From contig OX597825.1 in the NCBI GenBank assembly GCA_951406725.2, positions 29,636,001 to 29,700,000 of the forward strand: a DNA stretch of 64,000 nucleotides, read 5' to 3'. Shown piece after piece: positions 41,185 through 53,600 of this stretch. This stretch comes from Octopus vulgaris. Lineage: Eukaryota. A model generated the notes under the pieces. That model did not search any database, had not been told where the DNA came from, and saw nothing but the letters and a program-made list of their open reading frames with translations. Position 1 is the stretch's first letter. Each line of letters begins with the position of its first letter. The position numbers and the translations under genes were made by a program.

Positions 41185-41252
41185 GAACGACCCTTCATTA
41201 GTTGTTGGCTGTTTATCTACTCCTCATTTTGAGCATTCAACAACAATATGAA
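41185..41252 (-). ncRNA. Non-circularly permuted hammerhead ribozyme-like motif (decayed copy) in a (TA)n-embedded element spanning ~41075-41295
   Basis: Minus strand: ttcaTA^ttgttg-tt-gaatgctc-AAAA-tgag-(15 nt)-caacaa-CTAATGA-a-gggtcgttc. Stem I ttgttg/caacaa, stem II gaatgctc/gggtcgttc and stem III Atgag/ttcaT all pair in the correct register. Two G>A changes in the core. Confidence 0.6.
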
Positions 41253-41432
41253 CTTTCAAAAACAGTTGCTCCCATAAATTCCAAAATAAAATTTTATATA
41301 TCATGATCATCATCGTTTAACAACTGTATTCCCTTCCTAACGTCAACTACTCTGAGATTGAAGTGGGTGCCTTTTACATGCCACTGGCATGGGATCCAGT
41401 CAGGCAGCACTGGCATTGGCCACATTTAGATG

Positions 41433-41481
<49 letters not shown>

Positions 41482-41483
41482 GC

Positions 41484-41515
<32 letters not shown>

Positions 41516-43030
41516 TATATAGTATGTGTGTATATAGATATATATATTAATATAATATATAATACACAAACAAAAGAGTTCTGTATTAAATGGATATTTA
41601 CCCCTCACTGGATGGAGTATTATTTTCATTGATCCTACCTCTACTGGATCTGTTAACTATATATATATATATGTATATATTTATCGATATGTAAATATTT
41701 ATATGTGTGTGCGTGTGTATACACACACAAACACAGATATAATATGCATACTTGATATGCTTACACACACATATACACACATATATAAAATGGTTTTCTA
41801 ATGAAAACATAGATTTGAGAAAATTTCAATAGCTTTGCAATGTATACATCATAATGTCAAAAAATATGTGTGGTGTTTATGAAGCGTATTTTTAGAAAGA
41901 AGTTAATGGAAAATTCCCTTAGTTTAAATATTGAACTTAAATTTATAGAGTGTTTTTTTTCTATTTTTTATTATTTATTTTCAGCCAAACTAGCTTATCG
42001 TCAGTCTTCCTATAATAAGCTGATATTGACTATGTTACTGGAAGTAAAACATTGAAGTGTGTTTTCACACATTTTGGTGGAATGTTCTCCATCCATTCTC
42101 ATCATCTAACAGTTATTGTATTAACAGTAACGTCTCTGTGGGAGTATTGAATGCTGAATATTATAACTATACATAACTATAAAGAAATAAACCTCTGTGT
42201 TTTCACTTCTATATTGTCATTGTGAAAACAGTTTCATCTGACGTTGCTTGCTAATCATCGAAAGTTTTATTGTACTTCAGTGTCATAAATTGAGTCACAG
42301 CTAGGATATTTAAGACTTTTAAACATTTGCTCTTATCCGTGGATAAAGATTGTAAACATATATAAAATTCGAGTCATTAACTGCTTAGCAGATTCCATTG
42401 AACTTCCTTGATTTACAGAAAGACTTTAATGCCATGGATTTAGAATACGTCTACATTTCTTGATGTTTCTGACACGCTGTACAAAATAATTGTTCTTAAA
42501 GCATAATTAAGACTACTCTATTCAGCTGGCACACTGCAAAAATAGTACCTATGTAGATTTATATAAGCTAAATTCTCAAAAATGTTTGCTTTCTTTCTCT
42601 AGAAGAGAGCATATTTGAGAATTTGGTTGAAACATTCTGCAAGAATTATCTGGTTGACAGGCCATCTGTATATCCCTGCCATTACAGATCATTATATATG
42701 CTGTCACTTCTTTAAATATTCCTGGTCTCAATTATGATTCTTATGCATCAAAGTAAATGAATGAAGGAATCTTTTTCACAATTAGTTTATAACTCAAGGT
42801 AATGATATATTTAATCTCTACAGAGATTAGTCTATATCTGAGATTCACTTTCTCAGCAAAATTAAATAATGTTTGTATATGTCTTTAAAATACCATTTTC
42901 TAATAAATTATCTGTTAATTGATATAAGTAAACTTAATAATAACTCAGCTTTAAATACAGTGAAGAAAGATTTCAAATAATGATATAGTAAGTCATCAAA
43001 ATTATAGTACATTTGACTAATTAATTTAAA

Positions 43031-43132
43031 TACACAGCTTCAGCAGTGCGTATACGAAAATTGAAACAATAAAAAGGTTAGCATGTCCCTTTGTAAGGAT
43101 AGCATCCAAATTTGTGAAGAATTCCATATTTT
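43031..43132 (+). pseudogene. U6 snRNA pseudogene
   Basis: gcttcagcagtgcgtatacgaaaattgaaacaata...ttagcatgtccctttgtaaggatagcatccaaatttgtgaagaattccatatttt is colinear with metazoan U6 over its full length. The ACAGAGA box is destroyed. Confidence 0.85.
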
Positions 43133-43821
43133 GTTTTTCAAGATGGTTCCTGAGCATGGCTGCAGACCAATGAATGAAACAAGTTAAAAAAGATCTGTTT
43201 TATTTTTGTAGATCATAAATTTAAACCTTATTAGTCTTGACTTAGAATTTCAGCCCTTATGAGTCAAATCCATCTGTCACTCCTTTTTGTACAATAAGTA
43301 CAAGTTATAAATTAGTGCTTATTTAATTGATTATTCCCTTCCTTTTCAAGATGAGGCTTTGTGCCAATATAAAACACATTTTGTTTTTACTGTATTGAAA
43401 ATCATTGAACAAAATTAACTACATGACTGGAAATGACTAGATTAATGATAGTGATTCACTACTATTTTTTAAATCTGAATCTCTATTCCAAAGGTGGGGT
43501 AATCACTGTAATTAAAGTTAAGGTAATAAGGAAATACAATGACTAAAAATTAAGGACACTAGTGATGATCTGTATCAGCATGAGTGAATGAAGTAAAAGC
43601 ACAACGTAAAATATATTCAGTTCTTGTAATAAAGGGAAATATCTCATGCTGGAATTAAGCTTTTCGTTATTCTTTATCCTAGATCAGCATTCCTTGAGTA
43701 AGCCTATGATCAGTTCCACTGTGACCATCACATTGTTTATTTTGTTTTCTTTAAGGCATAGTCTACCCAAGGTTACATTATCAAGTGTCCTCTTTCTCTT
43801 TATTCTTTAAATGGCAAGATA

Positions 43822-43875
43822 TTGTGAGCGGATTTGTGAGTGGATTTGGTAGACGGAAACTGAAAGAAGCCCGTC

Positions 43876-43937
<62 letters not shown>

Positions 43938-44155
43938 TTGTGTGCCTGTGTTTGTCCCCCTAGCATTGCTTGACAACTGATGCTGGTGTGTTTATGTCCC
44001 CGTTACTTAGCGGTTCGGCAAAAGAGACCGATAGAATAAGTACTGGGCTTACAAAAGAATAAGTCCTGGGGTTGAGTTGCTCGATTAAAGGCGGTGCTCC
44101 AGCATGGCCGCAGTCAAATGACTGAAACAAGTAAAAGAGTAAAAGAGTAAAGAGT
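43822..44155 (+). mobile_element. SINE family A, 5'-truncated, young (CpGs retained)
   Basis: gtgagtggatttggtagacggaaactgaaagaagcccgtcg(TA)n...aaggcggtgctccagcatggccgcagtcaaatgactgaaacaagtaaaagagtaaaagag. Confidence 0.88.
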
Positions 44156-44813
44156 ATATAATATGAGGTTAGACTTGACTTCATTTTCAAGCTATTCAAG
44201 GCAGTATGCAGAGATACCATTATTACTGTTACTGGTGCCAGAGGAAAACATGGTTAAGAAAAGTGTTTCATAAAGTGACAGTTCTAAAAGAAAAGATATA
44301 TTCTTCCATTCTTCAAATACAATGAAAGCTGGGTTAAGCACCACCTATTAATTGTCACTTAATATTATTGGAAACATTTATTTACAATTTTAAATTCATG
44401 TGACAGAATAAGGAAAAATGTTGGAACAGAGGTAAAAGTGTCAACTGGGTTTAAACAGGGTAGCAAGTTCAGAAGCTCAGACACCATTGTGCTAGAGTGT
44501 ATAAAGAAAGGCTACACAGTATGATCTTCAAGATGGTTTCTTGTTGATCTGTATAACAAAACCTCTAATACAGTGTAAATTTCATTATTCTATCAAGTAA
44601 ACTTTACAGAAATAAATGGTTTATTGCTATAATGGAACTGACAGGATTTTCTCCAGAGAGTTATCGATTCCAATAATCATTACTTTTAGCATTGTATGCA
44701 TATTTTATACTATGAGTAACTCATATAACATATATATATATATATGTATGTATATATATACACACATATATATATATATATGTATTTATATATACACGCA
44801 CACACATATACAT

Positions 44814-45086
44814 AATCAAATTAAACGACAGGATACCTAGAGGTAATGCAGTACGATCGTTTCAAGCGACTCCATTTAATTGAACAATGCAACCATTACA
44901 TCAATTTAAATGCAGAGCAATCCGAAGCTGTGTAAATACATAGAATTAAATTAAATTAAAACAGATGGACACATTAGTATAACTTACCTAAAACCTCCAA
45001 GAAGTTAAGGAGATAGACAAAGAACATGCTGTCTTCACTTCAGCTTAGAAGCTACTTATTGTTTATATATATATATGTACGCTCAT
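44814..45086 (-). mobile_element. (TA)n-embedded pLTR-like fragment with the 3' half of a hammerhead
   Basis: Unique insert between TA tracts. The minus strand has GAAAC-GATC-GTA^ctgc (44863-44848), i.e. a palindromic stem III with a GUA triplet. The insert begins with ATGAGCG (45086-45080), complementary to the cgctt that precedes GAAA. Confidence 0.45.
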
Positions 45087-45221
45087 GTATTGATATATAT
45101 ATATATATATATACATACACACACATATATATATATATTTATATGTATATATATGTACATATGTATATACATGTATATACATATGCATGTATAATATATA
45201 TATATATGTATATATGTAAAA

Positions 45222-45268
<47 letters not shown>

Positions 45269-46293
45269 TACAGAGTACTATATATGTATTTGTGTGTGTA
45301 TGTTTGTATGTATGTATGTATGTATATATATAATAATTTGTGTATATGGTAATTTTGCATAATGCGCTATATATTCTACAGGGAATAGTCTTTGAAGATT
45401 CTCAATATATGTAATTAAGTGAATTACATTAATTAGAAATGGAATCATCAACTTCTTAAAAGTTTGTATAAAAAGTATTCTCCGCTAACTTACTAAGAAT
45501 ATTTAGATTTATCCCAATCTGAAGCAGATATTCCGGAATTTATATAATTATTTGGAGAGGGAGAGAGTGAATGTGTGTACACATAAGTGCATTATATATA
45601 CATATATACACATATATATGTATTTATATATGTGTATATAATATATACATGTGAACACTTTGTATAGCAATTACATTGTACAAGGCATAATTGAGAATGT
45701 CTTTGAGAATTTAATCCTATTTTATCTTCAAAATTCAGCTGGAATCATTTTTCTTTTTCTAATTGTAAATATACTTTTCACAGTTAATTTGGTATGGTTT
45801 CTCTCGAAAATTCAATTATCTACTAAAAGTGAAGATCTTGAAAGAATTGTATTACAAAAGTTATGAATATGTAGAAGCCAAATAAATATCTATTGGACCC
45901 AACAGCAAATATATAAGCATTTTCCTATGTTTGAAAGAATGGCTGTTCATTCCAAACCCTTTATTTCTGAAGAAGCACAAAATAAACAAACTATGCTATA
46001 AAATTCATGAACAATGATTTTTTTTTTTGTGTGTGTGATCTGGTTAGTTATATGTTCCGTGATTTCAATTAAAGCAATTTTTTTCAAGAAGTAAGAAATA
46101 TTTGGGGATAGAATACTATGCTGGCAGACTATGGTATACAGTGAGAAGCATAAGGTCGACTGATGCTTTGTAAGTGAAATTTCTTAGACAGAATCTATGT
46201 GGAAGTCTTTTAGACAGACTTAACATGTAATTCAAAGGAACAGCTTTGTCACACACACTTGTGTAACATTGATTTTGCATGGTTATTATGTGA

Positions 46294-46575
46294 AAGGTGT
46301 GAAAACACATGACCCAATGCTTAGGGTTTGCACATTGACTGAGTGGCACATTGTGTTCTCAGGTAAAACCCTTCATTTCACATTGCCCCAGTCCACTCAG
46401 CAGTAAATGGGTGACTGTATGGAGGAATATCCCTCTGGTCTGGGGGAATGTTGGCCTCCTCACTCACCCAGCCGGTGGGGTGGCATCATTCAAAAGCTTA
46501 AATGATACAAAAGTACAGTGTGACCAGCGATGTATAACAATATTGGATAGTCTGAACAATCATGTGATCACATGA
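46294..46575 (+). mobile_element. SINE family D (diverged)
   Basis: Core aaaacccttcatttcacattgccccagtccactcagc shared with 4461-4630. Confidence 0.65.
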
Positions 46576-46747
46576 TTACATTAAAGTCATGTGCAGCGGA
46601 GCAATAGTCAGCCACTTATGAGCTAATTCTTTGAACAACTGAATCCTCTATTTTGAAATCACCAGAGAATCGTTTCTAGCAAATGGTCTGAGTGGCAAAT
46701 AAATAGATAAATAAAGAGATTGATAACTGAAGAAATCTTTGTTTTTT

Positions 46748-46958
46748 CTTTTTTGCTTGTTTCAGTCATTTCACTATGGCCATGCTGGATCACCGCCTTT
46801 CAGTTGAAGAAATTGACCCCTAAACTGATTCTTTGTAAGCCTCGTACTAGTTCTGTCGGTCTCTTTGGCCAAACCACTAAGTTAAGGGACATAAACACAC
46901 CAACATCGGTTGTAAAGCGGTGGTGGGGTGACAAACACAGACACACAAATGCATACAT

Positions 46959-46989
<31 letters not shown>

Positions 46990-47147
46990 CACGACAGGCT
47001 TCTATCAGTTTCCATCTATCAAATCCACTCACAAGGCTTTGGTAGGCATAAGGCTATAGTAGAAGACATCTGCCCGTGGTGCTATGCAGTGAGGCTGTAC
47101 TTGGAGCCATATGGTTGGGAAGCAAGATTCTTACCATACAGCCACTC
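46748..47147 (-). mobile_element. SINE family A
   Basis: Reverse-complement match to the family A copies. Confidence 0.85.
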
Positions 47148-47496
47148 AGAGAAAAATACAGCACCACCTGCCTGTCTACGTATGTATATTTGTCACATAT
47201 AAGCAGGGAGAAGGTAAAATGCTGTAGGCATTAACAAATGGATAATCAGCATTGTTGTCTAGCTCTGGGCTGACTCTGATCAAAAACTTTCCAGCCATGG
47301 CAAACCTATCTATTTTATTAGACACCAATATGTCCTTTGTTTTTTAACATAGTGGGTCTGATCTGAGGCAGATTTGGTTGCTATTTCATAGCAAGTTCAA
47401 TGACCACATACAGACTTTCATCTTAAACAGAATAATTTTATTTGAAACAGGAATGCTCAAGAATACAACCACAGTTAAGAATTACCAGCGTCTCCT

Positions 47497-47797
47497 TACT
47501 GGCATTTGTGCCAGTGTGCAGGTGACACATAAAAGAATAAAAAAAACACCATTTTTCCTTTTCCTTTTCCGTGACCATTGCCAGTACCGCCTGACTGGCC
47601 CTCGTGCTGGTGGCACATAAAAGTACCCACAACACTCTTTGAGTGGTTGGCATTAGGAAGGGCATTCAACTGTAGAAACAATGCCAAATCAAGATTGGAG
47701 CCTGGTGCAGCCATCTGGTTTGCCAGTCCTCAGTTAAATCGTCAAACCCATGCTAGCAGGGAAAGCGGACGTTAAACGATGATGATGATGATGATGA
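47497..47797 (+). mobile_element. RTE-type 3' tail retroposon (family C) ending in (GAT)n
   Basis: ggcattaggaagggcattcaactgtagaaac..aacccatgctagcagggaaagcggacgttaaacgatgatgat; many copies in the window. Confidence 0.8.
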
Positions 47798-49047
47798 TTC
47801 TTCATTGGACTACTAATTTAAGCATCACAATCATATTTATGTATAATAGTCAACCATGGCTGTTCAAATATCTTGGCCTTCTTTGTGTAGTTAAATTATA
47901 ACCTTTTTGATTAAATAGGCAGACAGATAGATAGATAGATGTAGATATAGATATAGAAATGTATTTATATATGTGTAAACGTAGCTATGTGTGTATTTCA
48001 GACAAAACATCCATTCATACAAGCAAAAAAATAAGTGGTTATTTGTTTTCAATCCTCTTTGCAAACATATATACCCATTGTGTGTTCAAATGACATCAAG
48101 AACTATCTTTGTTAGAAACTTGTGAGGATTTGTAATAAGAAAAATAAGAAGGACATCCAGCTATAGATAGTAGTAATAACATTTAGACATAGAAAATCTA
48201 ACTCAGTACGTTTCCTCTAACCCATGCAAGCATGAGAAAATGGATGTTAAAATGAAGTTGACAATGACATGATGATAGTAGAGTAGTCCTTCTTGAATTT
48301 GATGTTGGCCACCAAAAATGATCCCCGAGGTTAAACTGTCTTAGGCCTACTACTTGTGGCTTAATCTTTTCATGAAAGCTTTAATGGTATGAAGCAGGTA
48401 AGAAGACATGAATGAAAAATAAAGTAAAAACTTTGCATTTCTTTTGTAATTCTGTTTCAATTTAGTAAGTACCTCTGACTTTTGACATAGCAGATGGAAA
48501 TTCTGAAAATAATATTTCTTTCCGTTCCATTCTTACTTGATAAAACCAAAGAGTTTAGAGTTGTTTCAGAATTACACGAAATCTATCAATTCTTTCAAAG
48601 AATTCTAAATCAAATTTATGAGTTCCTTAAATTAGAAATTTCACTATAGATCTCAGTAGCCATTGTGCTTTTGGTAAGAAGAAAGGGAGTGGGGTGAAGG
48701 GTGTGGGTGCTTCATCAAAACAGAGAGGAGACTTTGTAAAGTAATAAGGTGTTTTTTTTTGGCTGGCAAAGTTGGACATTTATAAAGAATGACAATGAGA
48801 TCACAGAGAAAGTGGTTCTGGAAAGGAATTTAACAAAGACAAGATTAGCAATAGAGAAATGTTTGAATCTTATTGTGTGACAAAAACACAATAGATGAGA
48901 ACAGAGGAATAATGTTGGAACAGATTCTTCAACCTCCTTCTTGGTCTCCTCTTACTGGTTTTCAAGTTGATAGCTTGATGAATGATGTATATGGAACTGG
49001 ACAGGCCAAAACCTTTCATTATTTCAGATTATTATTATTATTATCAT

Positions 49048-49107
<60 letters not shown>

Positions 49108-49117
49108 CACCACCACC

Positions 49118-49160
<43 letters not shown>

Positions 49161-49211
49161 GTACTGCTGCTGCTGTTATTATTATTGATATTTTTGTTGT
49201 TGTTGTTGTTA

Positions 49212-49392
49212 TTCAAGGTATGTACAAATGTTTTACAGATTCGGAATCAATGTTTCCGATACCAGGTCACAACCAGTTTCCTTAGATATTCAGGACCTTT
49301 CCTACAATTCTTGCTGTTCCCCAAAGAGAATATTTCTCAATCAATGCAATTCTTGTAGTTGCACCAATCTCAGTTAGGGAACCATTAAGTCT
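49212..49392 (-). mobile_element. Old 3' fragment of a related RLE (R4/Dong-like) retrotransposon
   Basis: 49392-49282 translates RLNGSLTEIGATTRIALIEKYSLWGTARIVGKVLNI*, colinear without gaps with the intact element's C-terminus LTQIPGNPKMAEVQKIVLMGTAHILRKILSM*. Flanked by (TTA)n/(TTG)n. Confidence 0.75.
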
Positions 49393-49396
49393 GTTA

Positions 49397-49448
<52 letters not shown>

Positions 49449-49463
49449 CGTTATTGTTATATT

Positions 49464-49730
49464 ACTCAGAATGTACGGTCTTGTATGTTCTGATAGATTC
49501 TGTGATAGTGGACAGCATCCTATGATCAAAAGTCTCCCAGGTTCTCTTTCTGCTCATTATAAGTTTTGATACCTGGTTGTTATTTATCGTGGGAGACATT
49601 CAACATCCAAATACCAATCTCCTCCAAATCTCTACCTGTCCTCACAGAGCAGTGTTTTGGGGATTGCTCTGCTCTCATGTCAATTCTGATTTCTTTGCCA
49701 TATTTCTCGAACTCGGTTGTTACTGCTCCA
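49464..49730 (-). mobile_element. Second old 3' fragment of an RLE retrotransposon (C-terminus plus 3' UTR)
   Basis: Minus strand reads GAVTTEFEKYGKEIRIDMRAEQ, then decays; this resembles the region after the GALG motif of RLE C-termini. Ends in (TAA)n. Confidence 0.55.
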
Positions 49731-49760
49731 TTATTTCTTCATATTTCCTTTTTTCTCTGC

Positions 49761-49797
<37 letters not shown>

Positions 49798-49889
49798 TAT
49801 CCTCCTCCTCCTCCTCCTCCTCCTTCTCATCATCATCATTACCACCACCATCATCATCAGCATCATCAGTATCATCATCATCATTATTG

Positions 49890-49948
49890 TTTTACTTCTC
49901 AGAACATTCAGACTTGTTTGTTCTGGTAGATTCTGTGAGAGTTGACTC
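49890..49948 (-). mobile_element. Very short 3'-terminal copy of the family at 49464-49730
   Basis: tcagaacattcagacttgtttgttctggtagattctgtgagagttgac aligns without gaps to 49466-49512 tcagaatgtacggtcttgtatgttctgatagattctgtgatagtggac. Confidence 0.7.
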
Positions 49949-50210
49949 ATTATTATCATTATTATTATTATTATTATTCTATGTTTGACTTTTGCTTTAT
50001 ATTTGTACAAGTTGGCTCCAAGTCTCACCCAGAGACCTCAAGAGACAACAGGGTTGGAAGTTCATGTTGTTGTTATGCCTAGTGTGCCATATATTTGGGG
50101 GGTGGGGATGTTGTACTAATGAATGTCTAAAAATAAAAAAAAAAAAAAAAGGTTTTTTTTTTTTGGTTTTTTTTTTAAACCGAAAATTATGTTTGTTTTA
50201 AACCTTGAGA

Positions 50211-50633
50211 TTACATAGAGAGTATTTTGCGTAGGATATGAGCAGTTCCCATGAGCACTATCTTTTGAACTTCTGCCATTTTTGGGTTTCCTGGTATCTG
50301 AGTTAGGTAGCTATCAGCCCCTTTTGCTATCATTCCCAGGGCACCTATGACAACAGGTATTGTTTTAGTCTTCAGCTTCCACATTTTGCTGATTTCTATT
50401 TCAAGATCTTTATATTTGCTCAGTTTTTGGTAGGTCTTGACAGATACGTTTATATCGATTGGGACAGTCATATCAATGAGGAGGCATGTTCTTTGTTTGA
50501 AGTTTTTCAATATGATGTCTGGCCTATTTGCATCTATCTTCCTGTCAGTTTGAATGGTGAAGTTCCAGAGGAGTGAGATGTGGTCATTTTCAAGCACTGG
50601 GGGTGGTTTGTGTTCCCACCAGTTTTTTTTCAT
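50211..50633 (-). CDS. Retrotransposon ORF part 2: restriction-like PD-(D/E)xK endonuclease, frameshifted continuation of part 1
   Basis: Motifs LWNFTIQTD, ANRPDII, LIDMTVP, KLSKYKDL, PVVIGALG, GTAHILRKIL. Removing one base from the T8 run at 50623-50630 fuses both frames (..LPHEKNWWEHKP..) into a 1270-aa protein. Confidence 0.92.
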   Translation of the reverse strand: MKKNWWEHKPPPVLENDHISLLWNFTIQTDRKIDANRPDIILKNFKQRTCLLIDMTVPIDINVSVKTYQKLSKYKDLEIEISKMWKLKTKTIPVVIGALGMIAKGADSYLTQIPGNPKMAEVQKIVLMGTAHILRKILSM

Positions 50634-53600
50634 GGGGCAAATCCAGGTTTTTACAGATTACCCAGTGAATATATTGTGCAGCTCTATCGTGCCTGTTGAG
50701 ATACTCTGTAGGCGCTAGAAGACTGCACTTGGAGACCACATGGTCAATGGTTTCATTTTGTTGCTTGCATACACGACACGTTGGACTGCTTCTGATCTTT
50801 AATATGTTGGCCTGGTAGTTTCTTGTTGGTAGGCATTGATCTTGAGCTGCTATGATAAACCCCTCTGTTTCAGATTTTAAGCCAGAGGCCATTAGCCATT
50901 GATGGGTCAGGGCTTTGTCGATATCTGCATTATTCGCTCTCTTTGGGTATTTGCCATAGAGAGGTTTTTCTTGCCATTTATTATTCAGAATATCTAAGGC
51001 CGCAGTTTTGGCACGGGTTTTCATGCGCCTAGCTTTTTCTGTGCTTGTTTCTTGTATATCTATCTCCGAAATTGGTTGTATTCGGAATTCACTTAGATAT
51101 TCCTTTGCCTGTTTTGTGACTGAGTATGATGCTTTCTTGTTTTCATGTTTTGAGACAAGTTTTAGCATCCAGTCCTCAGAGTTTTTCAGGTAGGTGTCTA
51201 GGCCAATTGTAGCAATCTTCATTGTTATTGCCAGTTGCAAAAGACCACGGCCTCCCTCTTTTCTTGGCAGATAGAGTCGTTCTGTATCTGCCTTAGGGTG
51301 GTGCATTCTATGCATTGTCAACAGTTTCCTTATTTTTCTGTCGAGCTGACATATTTCAGTAATTGACCAGTTAACAATATTGAAACTGTAAGTCACGACT
51401 GGTATAGCTAATGCATTGATTGCTTCGATCCTGTTTCTTGCATTCAGCTCTGTTTTGAGTATTGCTCTCACTCTTCGATAGCATTCTCTCCTGATCCTTT
51501 CCTTCATCTCTGAATGCCTTATTCCGTTCCCTTCAATTATCCCTAGGTACTTGTAGCTCTCCGCTGGGTCTAGTTCTTTTATGACATTCTGTTGGTCAAG
51601 GTTAACGTTAGATGTTTCTGTCATTTTTCCTTTGATAAAGGTAGCCTTTGCACATTTATCGAGGCCGAATTGCATTCTGATGTCGTCACTGAATTGTTTG
51701 ACTATCGCTAGTAAGCCCTTGAGTTGTTGATCATTTTTTGCAAAAAGCTTTAAATCATCCATGTAAACGAGATGATTTATATTTTTATCAAACATTTTAT
51801 ACCCGTACTGCGCGTCATTGAGCAGCTTTGAGAGAGGTATTAAGGATAAACAAAAGAGGAGTGGTGACAGTGAGTCACCCTGGAAAATGCCACACGAAAT
51901 TTTTACATCACCAGCATTTAGGAATTCACTGTCACTGTTCAGAGTTAGTGTGGTTCTCCATGATCTCATACTTACAGTCAAGAAGTTTCGCAGAGTTGGT
52001 GCTATCTTATACATTTCAAGGCATTTTCTAATCCAGCTATGTGGTAGGCTATCAAAAGCCTTTTTATAGTCTATCCAGGCTATTGATAAGTTTTTGTGTC
52101 GTTTGTGACAATCTTCTAAGATCATCTTATTGATGAGTAGTTGGTCTTTACAGCCGTAGGATCCACGTTTACATCCTTTCTGTTCATTAGGGAATATGCT
52201 GCTGTCTGTTAAAAAACTATAGGTATATTCCGTCAGGACAGATGTTAGTGTTTTGTACATAGTTGTTAAGCAAGTTATGGGTCTATAGTTTTTTGGTTCA
52301 TTTGTTTCTTCACTTTTTGGAAGCAGGAATGTTAACCCATTAACTAGCCAAGGAGGCATCCTACTAGGGTGTTGCAAAACATCATTGTACAGTTCTGTTA
52401 GCAGTTCATGGCTCTCTGGGAAGGCATTCAGCCAGAAGTTAGGAATTTTATCCTTTCCTGGAGACTTCCATTTGCTTGACCTCCTGAGAGCAGATCTTAT
52501 ATCTTCTACCTTGACACCCTCCCACTTTTGCTCTTCTAAGGGGTCCAGTTCTGTAGATATTCTGTCAATCCAAGGGGCCTTTTCGTTGTGTGTTTTTTCT
52601 TCTGCCCAGATTTTATTCCAAAATCTCTGCACTTCTTCTTTTGATGGTACAGACCCTGCAGTAAACGCTGTTTTTCCTATCTTCCGGTAAAAATTCTTGG
52701 TGTTATTTTTGAACATGTTGTTGTCCTTGAAAAATCTAACACGCTTTTCATACCTCGCTATGCGGGCAGCTTTGGCAGATACCTTTTGTTTGATGGTTTC
52801 TATGGTGGCATCAATATCAAGTATAGTTTTCATATTGTATTTTTTCAGTAATTTTTGGGTTTTTGTAGGTTTGGTAATCTTGTGAGCCTTAAGGTTTTTC
52901 AAATATTCAATGTCAGATCTAAATATTTTAATTTGTTGTTGCAGACGCTCTTGCCAAGAAGGCTTTTTGTGGGACTGTTGCCGTTTTCTAATCTTTACAC
53001 CACATAGGATCGTTGAGATTTTCGCGGATGCATAGTATAGGTGGTTGAGGTTTGTGATATCAACATCATTAACTGAAATTATATCCTTAAGTGCAAGCCG
53101 GATTTTACCAATTATTTTCATGTTTTGGTTAGAGTTGCGGATTTTAGGAAGTGTATCACGCTCATCCATGCTGGTTTCTTTAATTTTCAGCCATTCAATC
53201 ATGATTTGATTTTTTAGCTCATGTAGTTCTGTTGGGTCAATATTTGTGTGACTTTCTTTATCTATTTGATGCTCATCTGTCTTAGTGTTTATGATTGGTT
53301 CAGGGCGTATTTCACTTTGCCTATCACTTATACTAACTCTTTCAATCCTCTCTTCGTTTTTATCCGCCCTGGGCTGGTCTATAATCATTTCCTCTGTATT
53401 ATCTTCTCTAGCTGCAGCTTCGTTCATTTTATCCGATATTGCTTGTCTAACCTGATCAATCTCTACTTCAGTCAGTAATTTCTTTTTTATAATGTTTCTT
53501 CTAACATTGGCAAGCTTGTTACTGTCTATGTAGGGTCTTACTTCAGGGTGTTTCTGTCTCCAGTTTAAGTATGCTTGTACAGTGCTAGACTTATCTGTGG

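Noticed and set aside
48873-49358. 161-aa ORF with poly-Leu and poly-Pro
   Set aside because: Mostly (CTA)n/(CCA)n repeat plus antisense retroelement sequence; the unique N-terminal part has no recognisable homology.
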